This document shows positions 35,482 to 41,212 of a DNA stretch of 41,212 nt, piece after piece; positions within the stretch are counted from its first letter, which is position 1; every line of letters starts with the position of its first letter. The notes below the pieces were generated by a model. The model saw only the letters and a list, made by a program, of their open reading frames with translations. It did no database searches and was not told where the DNA came from. The position numbers and the translations under genes were made by a program. The DNA is from an uncultured Clostridia bacterium (lineage in GTDB: Bacteria > Bacillota > Clostridia > Christensenellales > UBA1242), in NCBI GenBank assembly GCA_944384495.1, contig CALWTP010000063.1:1-41212 (forward strand). The letters are read 5' to 3'.

Positions 35482-38400
35482 ATGAAAAAGTTTCTTGTTG
35501 GAATGTTGAGCATATTCGTACTCTTAGGAGCATCAATTTTGGCAGCGTGTGGTTCTTCCAAAATTGAGCTTACTTTATCGCAGGAAAGCATTTCAATACT
35601 CTATGATTCCTCAGAGCCAAGCCAAGAGGTCGTTGTGGCTAGTGTAACTGGTGGAAAAAATGTGGAAGTGGTTGCAAGCCCGAGCAACAGTTATGAGAAT
35701 ATCATATCTGCTTCTGCATCAAATGTTGGCTCCAACAGATGGGAGATCACCATCACAGCTTTAAACGAAGGATATGGCGAGGTTGTGGTGATGACAAACC
35801 AGGGCAATGTCTCAAAAATAATAAGTGTCGATGTTTACACAGAGGTCACCTCAATGGAGCAAAACTTTGATGAAAAAGTTGTGCGAAAGAATTACGCGAT
35901 CCGTGGAGAGACAACAAGACTTATTGAAGAGAACCTTCTTTCATTCCAACCATCTAATCTTTCACGAAGAACGATAACATGGACAGTTCAAAATCCGGTT
36001 TCCGGAGTGACAATTGATGGCCAAATGCTGACCATTGATGAAAGAGTACAACTTGACGAGATTATATTGGTTGCGACAACAGAGAACAATATTTCAACGA
36101 CAGTGACTTTGCCAATCCTTGACAATATTGCAGAAGATTTAAGCTTGTCTTGGTCTTATAGCCTTAGCGGAACCTTCACGGAGATTAACAGTGATTATAA
36201 TACTTTTGCATTAGTTCCAAATGATCCAGATGATCCGAACTATACAGGATATGTAAAATTAAACTATAACGGAGACCTTGTCATCACTCCAAGAGTTACA
36301 CTTGCAAACAGCAATGAAGACGATGGTTTTATACATGTAAACAGCCTTTCTCAGGATGACAACGGCTATCCGATCTATGCAGTTTTCGTAGATAGACAGG
36401 TAAACAATATAAACAGAAATTATCAGCTTTATTTTGAAGTTGGCTATGAGGATTATGATTATAATATCGACACCTCTGCATCTATGATCAATTTGCATGT
36501 ACGTGAAGTTGTAAATGATATTGAAATAAGAGGAGAAGATAATAGCCTAATCGCAAACAGCGAAATTACATCCTCAGTGCAAACTTTGTATTCTCAATAC
36601 CATGGCACAAATGGAGAAATGTTTAATATTTTGGTACTGCCAACAACAGTACAAAACTATTCCAACAGCTATAGGTTGGAACTGACCACAGGGAGTCTTG
36701 GCGAGCCAATTATGAGTGACAACACATCGCCAGTTGTCGTACAATATTACGATTCAATCAACTATGTTTGGCAGGAGGTTCCTCTGATTTGGGATGAGAG
36801 CAAGAATGCCTATCTCTCAAATCCAAACATCAACCTAAGTGCAAGTACGATCTATCTTAAGGCGCACCCAAATCTTTTGGTTCAAACGGCGAGCAATTTA
36901 CAGCTACGAGTTATCAGCACGGACAATGAGACGGTTTCGGCGAGCATAAACCTTGAACTCGTTCGAGCAGTGACAGAAGAGCAATTTAATAATGCCTTCA
37001 ACGATGCAGACACTACTTTTATTGTTGACAGCTCTCCAAGAGCGACAGCTTTAACCATTGCAAAGACTTTCACTCTTGTCGGACAATCAGATATACGCGG
37101 GCTTTCAGTTGAAACCAACAGTCAACATATTTCGCTTACTCAGCCAAGAAGGCTTTCAAGTAGTACGGATAGGGTAACATTTGAAATCGTATTGACATTA
37201 AATCCATCAAGCATAGGTGTGACTTCGCAAGATAGTTACCGCTTTATCCATGCAAACGGTCTTGTAAGCCGTGATTTTGAAATTGATATTTTCCTTCCGC
37301 TTACAGAAGCGGCGGTGGTATATGATCAGGGAAGCAATCTCTTTGATTCGGTCACATATAGCGTGAATAGCAATTTGGTATATAGCGATGATGGTTCCAC
37401 AGCTGCAAACACAGAAAGCCTTTCGAGAATAATGATTAAAAATGGCTCAACGATACCACTATTGTATCAATACAATTATGCAAATGGCAACTATGCAGTA
37501 GGCAACGTTCAAGTGAATTACTATGATTTGGATTTCGTTGCCGGAGAAGATGGCATTTTGACGGATGATGAAAAGTCTGCTCAGATCGCAGATTTTAAAG
37601 CTCTTTTAGACACACAAGCAGGCAGAAGCCAAATAATTGCATCTGCAAGCGAGAACACAGAGATAGGGAAGTATGCATATTTTTCACTTGACAACAGCAG
37701 TATTATCACAACAAATGTGGGCTTTACATATGCAGTTGTATCTTTCACAGGTAAAGGAATAACAGGAGCAGACGAGGATGGGAATATAACTATAAAAAGA
37801 ATAATCTTGATCGAAAGTTATATTTCTCCAAGCACACTTGCGGTTACTCCAAACACAGATCGTGAGGTTGGGCTTTATGCATCGGATACCGTATCTTCAA
37901 CCGATACCACTCTCACTCGTAAGACAATTACAATTGATTTCAGAATCAGCAATGTTACATATACAAGTCTAGACAATTTCAGGTTTGTTTCCACTGCGAT
38001 CAATTCTCAAGGCAATGCAATAATGGGCGAGGGCACAATCAGTGGCAATTCAGTATCTTGGGATAATGGCAGATATGTGCTTGAAAACATCGTGATCTCA
38101 GATCATTCAATGACATTTGATATTGTGTCGCTATCACTTCAAGGTGCTTCAAGCTTTAGCGATAATCTAAACGTTTATTATCAACTCGATGTTTTAAATA
38201 GTCAGGGCGATGCTGTTAAGCGAGATATAATGTCCACAACGATTGCAGTTGTTATACGAAGTGCACAGAGGATTGAAAGCCTGCAATGGGAAGGCGAGGA
38301 TGAGGAAGGATTATACTTTGAGCTTGGCGAGAGTGAACCACAATTTATTGTCTTGACAACTTCACCTTCAGACGCTCGAAATAAAAACATTTCATACCTA

Positions 38401-41212
38401 ATCACCGACTCGACTGGCCAAGTTGATTATACGAACGCAGCAATAGTATCAGTAGGCGATTATATCAACCAAAACAGGCTTGCATTGACATTGAACGAGG
38501 ATTTGACTCAAGGAATTACGGGTTACATCTATCTTCTTCCACAGGACGCGATCTATAATGGGCAAATTTCATATTATTTGACAAGCGAGATGACAGGAGA
38601 ACAGCCAATTCGATATACTGTATCTTTTGACAGCTTAGGGCAGATCCGCTCTGGCAGTCAGACATGGTATGACTACTTGATCGAAAATGCATATTTTATC
38701 TCAAATGCATCCATAGAAGGGGAGCAAAAAAACATCAGTTTTGCTGACATTTTATTAAAAATCAAAATCACTGTCGCAGATGGCAGAAGTTTTGAACATG
38801 CATATAGGATTTACACTGCGGAAGAATTTACTGGACGCATCGCGCTTAATCCACATTATTTCTATCGTGTTATGAACAGTTTTGAGGTGACCTATAATGG
38901 TGCAGGCATTACCTTAACTGGAGGTATTGAAGGCAGAGCATATGATGACTTGGATGGCAACAGAAGCACAATCACCTTCGATAATTCAAATGTGTTTATC
39001 AGCAAAAATAGCGGTACAATCCGAAACATCATCTTTAACGGCGAAATATCGTCTTCAAACGGATTTGTGGCAAACACAAATAGTGGAACAATCCGAAATA
39101 TCATCTTTAACGGCGAAATATCCTCTTCAAACGGATTTGTGGCAAACACAAATAGTGGAACAATTGAAAATGTCACAGTTGATGTCAATGGAACATATCC
39201 AAGCAGTTTGTCGGGTGATGGTCAATATATCGGCGGACTTGTTGGACAAAATAGTGGAACAATTTCAAACTCAAGCGTACTTGGACTGTCAATCACTGGC
39301 GGAACAGGCGAAACAGACTATGTTGGTGGTATCGCCGGTCAAAATAGCGGAACGATTACAGGAAGCAGAGTCGAGTTTTACAACCTTAGCGAAGAGGGCA
39401 CAGAAGCTACCGGTATAAATACATTTACTGGAGTGAATATCGGCGGACTTGTCGGCAAGGCGCAAGATGGCTCAATTCTTACTTTAAGCTATGCATACAA
39501 CTATGCTTATGAAGACTCGCCATTTTCGCCATTTTCGCCATTTTCGCCATTTGCAGGCTTTGCCCTGATTGCAACAAGCAGTGGAACAATTACAGTAGAC
39601 CAAGTGTTTGCCTATGGGATATCGGGTACTATAATAGGCACAAATGCCACAGTGCAAGGTGAATATTACAATGTTTACGAAGCAGATGGCACATATGATG
39701 AGAGTACTACTGCAGAATATTATGAAGGAAGAGAGGAAGACCTCGATCTTTCTGACAACCTCGATCTTTCTGACAACTATATTGAGCCGGGCGAAGAGGG
39801 CTTCTTGACCTATGTCAATAATGGAGGGGCATACTTTAGAAATATTTATCAAGCTGAGAAAGTCCAGTCGCTTGATACCGCTCAAATCAAAACAATTACC
39901 GATATAAATGGCTATTATAAATCTCTCGCTGTCACAGAGGAGAGCACTGACGCGGATACCGCTAGCGATCCTTCTTTTGGCAGAGGAATCTTGTTCTACT
40001 ATGCAATAGAGCAAGGTATTGGCGGACTGACACAGAGCGCATTAAATGATTTGGATGAGCTTAATACAATTTCTCTTTCAGAGCTTATCTTGATTGGCAA
40101 CTTGTCCACAGATTATCTTATTATCACCTCATCAAATAGCGGTGTTTTAAGAATTATTGGAAGCGATATCAAGATCTTGGGCACTGGATCGGTTGAGCTT
40201 AAACTGTATTCAAAACAGGATGTAAGCATAAATAAGACTTTTGAAATTGAAGTGATCTATTCGATGTCACAACCAGAAATTTCTTGGACCGACAGCAGTG
40301 GAAGGACAAATATTGTCAGCGAAAATTCAATTTCTTATCTGCAACGCACAACAACAAGATATTATGTTGTGACCTATCAAAATCCTTATGTGATTTTGGG
40401 CAATCAAGCAACCGAGTACAGCCTGATCAGAAATAATGTGACGATTGCAACTGATGTGACACCTGCTGATGGCACAGCGGTTTCTTGCGAACCTAGCGGA
40501 AATATAATTACAGTGACGGCCGAACAAGACTCTGTCGAGAGTAAAATCACTGTAAAAACAGGGATTTTTGGTGAAGAGTCAATCTATCAAGAGGCAATCA
40601 ATGCCGAATTTAACAGGACTTTCACTATAAGCCCAACAGACGGAGTTATTGAATTCAGTGTCTCTGAAGGAGGTTTGTCGATCACACCATCCACAAATGC
40701 TGTTGTGCGTGTAATGATCACAACCACAGCCGATGATGACAACAAAACAATTACTCCACAACTGAGAGATGAAAATAATATCCTTCTGCCGGCTTATACT
40801 CCTAAGCCAGATGGCGACTATGCAAAATATGATTATATTTATTATCTTGCGACAGATCAAAGCACTCCATTTATGGGGGCATATGTAAGGCTTGCATCGC
40901 AAAGCGGTCCATCCAATGGTCAATACAGCTTTATATTTGAAATAACTTTTGAGATCACGCAAGCCTATAGATCGCTTATAAGCCGTGATCAGTCATTTGA
41001 TGTTTCCTTTATAAGTTATAGCGGTAATGACAGCTATTATCAGACCGAGGGAAGTGCAACATTTAAACTAAATCTTTCAAAACAAAACTTTACAAATATC
41101 AACATAAGCAACTATCTTATCTCTCAATCTCAATGGCAGTCAAGTGGTAGTGAATATATAACCGTTCATACAATAAGTGATCCTGTGGGAGTGCTTGCTC
41201 CTGGAGGAAGCT
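35482..41212 (+). CDS. Second giant lipoprotein, 5' partial (more than 1910 aa, runs off the right edge): Ig-like modules plus an internal GLUG-motif module
   Basis: It is not in the ORF track. I translated frame 1 line by line from ATG 35482 to 41212 and found no stop. N-terminus MKKFLVGMLSIFVLLGASILAAC has the canonical LAAC lipobox. Two Big_2-like modules follow. GLUG repeats are YIGGLVGQNSGTISNS, YVGGIAGQNSGTITGS and NIGGLVGKAQDGSI. Confidence 0.88.
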   Translation, partial: MKKFLVGMLSIFVLLGASILAACGSSKIELTLSQESISILYDSSEPSQEVVVASVTGGKNVEVVASPSNSYENIISASASNVGSNRWEITITALNEGYGEVVVMTNQGNVSKIISVDVYTEVTSMEQNFDEKVVRKNYAIRGETTRLIEENLLSFQPSNLSRRTITWTVQNPVSGVTIDGQMLTIDERVQLDEIILVATTENNISTTVTLPILDNIAEDLSLSWSYSLSGTFTEINSDYNTFALVPNDPDDPNYTGYVKLNYNGDLVITPRVTLANSNEDDGFIHVNSLSQDDNGYPIYAVFVDRQVNNINRNYQLYFEVGYEDYDYNIDTSASMINLHVREVVNDIEIRGEDNSLIANSEITSSVQTLYSQYHGTNGEMFNILVLPTTVQNYSNSYRLELTTGSLGEPIMSDNTSPVVVQYYDSINYVWQEVPLIWDESKNAYLSNPNINLSASTIYLKAHPNLLVQTASNLQLRVISTDNETVSASINLELVRAVTEEQFNNAFNDADTTFIVDSSPRATALTIAKTFTLVGQSDIRGLSVETNSQHISLTQPRRLSSSTDRVTFEIVLTLNPSSIGVTSQDSYRFIHANGLVSRDFEIDIFLPLTEAAVVYDQGSNLFDSVTYSVNSNLVYSDDGSTAANTESLSRIMIKNGSTIPLLYQYNYANGNYAVGNVQVNYYDLDFVAGEDGILTDDEKSAQIADFKALLDTQAGRSQIIASASENTEIGKYAYFSLDNSSIITTNVGFTYAVVSFTGKGITGADEDGNITIKRIILIESYISPSTLAVTPNTDREVGLYASDTVSSTDTTLTRKTITIDFRISNVTYTSLDNFRFVSTAINSQGNAIMGEGTISGNSVSWDNGRYVLENIVISDHSMTFDIVSLSLQGASSFSDNLNVYYQLDVLNSQGDAVKRDIMSTTIAVVIRSAQRIESLQWEGEDEEGLYFELGESEPQFIVLTTSPSDARNKNISYLITDSTGQVDYTNAAIVSVGDYINQNRLALTLNEDLTQGITGYIYLLPQDAIYNGQISYYLTSEMTGEQPIRYTVSFDSLGQIRSGSQTWYDYLIENAYFISNASIEGEQKNISFADILLKIKITVADGRSFEHAYRIYTAEEFTGRIALNPHYFYRVMNSFEVTYNGAGITLTGGIEGRAYDDLDGNRSTITFDNSNVFISKNSGTIRNIIFNGEISSSNGFVANTNSGTIRNIIFNGEISSSNGFVANTNSGTIENVTVDVNGTYPSSLSGDGQYIGGLVGQNSGTISNSSVLGLSITGGTGETDYVGGIAGQNSGTITGSRVEFYNLSEEGTEATGINTFTGVNIGGLVGKAQDGSILTLSYAYNYAYEDSPFSPFSPFSPFAGFALIATSSGTITVDQVFAYGISGTIIGTNATVQGEYYNVYEADGTYDESTTAEYYEGREEDLDLSDNLDLSDNYIEPGEEGFLTYVNNGGAYFRNIYQAEKVQSLDTAQIKTITDINGYYKSLAVTEESTDADTASDPSFGRGILFYYAIEQGIGGLTQSALNDLDELNTISLSELILIGNLSTDYLIITSSNSGVLRIIGSDIKILGTGSVELKLYSKQDVSINKTFEIEVIYSMSQPEISWTDSSGRTNIVSENSISYLQRTTTRYYVVTYQNPYVILGNQATEYSLIRNNVTIATDVTPADGTAVSCEPSGNIITVTAEQDSVESKITVKTGIFGEESIYQEAINAEFNRTFTISPTDGVIEFSVSEGGLSITPSTNAVVRVMITTTADDDNKTITPQLRDENNILLPAYTPKPDGDYAKYDYIYYLATDQSTPFMGAYVRLASQSGPSNGQYSFIFEITFEITQAYRSLISRDQSFDVSFISYSGNDSYYQTEGSATFKLNLSKQNFTNINISNYLISQSQWQSSGSEYITVHTISDPVGVLAPGGS
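39010..39153 (+). repeat. In-frame 72-nt tandem duplication (2 full units plus a partial third) inside the giant gene
   Basis: Units 39010-39081 and 39082-39153 both encode SGTIRNIIFNGEISSSNGFVANTN. They differ at 4 of 72 nt, all synonymous third positions. A third unit starts SGTIENV. Confidence 0.95.
39517..39552 (+). repeat. Perfect 9-nt x4 in-frame tandem repeat (TCGCCATTT)4 encoding (SPF)4
   Basis: Read directly from the sequence. Its reverse complement produces the WRKWRKWRKW run in the antisense track ORF. Confidence 0.95.
39742..39777 (+). repeat. Perfect 18-nt x2 in-frame tandem repeat encoding (LDLSDN)2
   Basis: CTCGATCTTTCTGACAAC occurs twice in tandem (39742-39759 and 39760-39777). 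Confidence 0.95.

Noticed and set aside
36259-40962. Track ORFs inside the right-hand region: 36259-36498, 36882-37118, 38202-38405, 38892-39188, 39484-40014, 40327-40527 and 40579-40962 on the minus strand, and 38927-39418 on the plus strand.
   Set aside because: All are antisense or off-frame shadows of the long frame-1 ORF 35482-41212. Their odd motifs (WRKWRKWRKW, VVRKIEVVRKIEV, the duplicated IVPLFVFATNPFE) are the reverse or shifted readings of the tandem repeats in the real gene.
1-41212. CRISPR arrays, transposases or IS elements, prophage genes, rRNA genes, and alternative genetic code usage.
   Set aside because: I saw no spaced direct-repeat arrays and no recombinase-like ORFs. All long ORFs read through cleanly with the standard code, with Trp encoded as TGG and TGA or TAA used as stops.

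Overview
This is a 41.2-kb, visibly AT-rich chromosomal segment (very roughly one-third G+C by eye). It most likely comes from a low-GC, Clostridia-like Firmicute; the taxon is an inference from the sporulation-linked genes yabP-yabQ and spmA-spmB and from Gram-positive style Shine-Dalgarno sites and promoters. Most of the window is housekeeping. On the minus strand: a gatC-gatA-gatB-aspS operon behind a leader that contains a terminator, then tRNA-Pro(CGG), ogt and an RluA-family pseudouridine synthase. On the plus strand: yabP-yabQ plus a DivIC-like gene, and a tightly packed typA / small membrane ORF / dnaB / two unknown envelope proteins / gltX operon. The remaining recognisable genes are spmAB, tatD-rsmA and a TtcA-like PP-loop ATPase. 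Three things stand out. (1) Two giant lipid-anchored modular surface proteins carry Ig/FN3-like modules and a GLUG-motif module. One is complete (12473-22333, 3286 aa). The other (35482 to beyond 41212, more than 1910 aa) is absent from the supplied ORF track because it has no stop codon in the window. Together they occupy about 38% of the window, and the second carries three perfect or near-perfect in-frame tandem repeats. (2) A two-gene operon pairs a classical short-chain dehydrogenase with a serine-palmitoyltransferase-like alpha-oxoamine synthase, which may make a sphingoid or amino-lipid base. (3) Several orphan genes have no recognisable family: 325-1044, 1254-1844 plus a small coupled ORF, 22532-23419, and 27495-29502. 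I saw no CRISPR array, transposase, integrase, rRNA gene or obvious defence genes.
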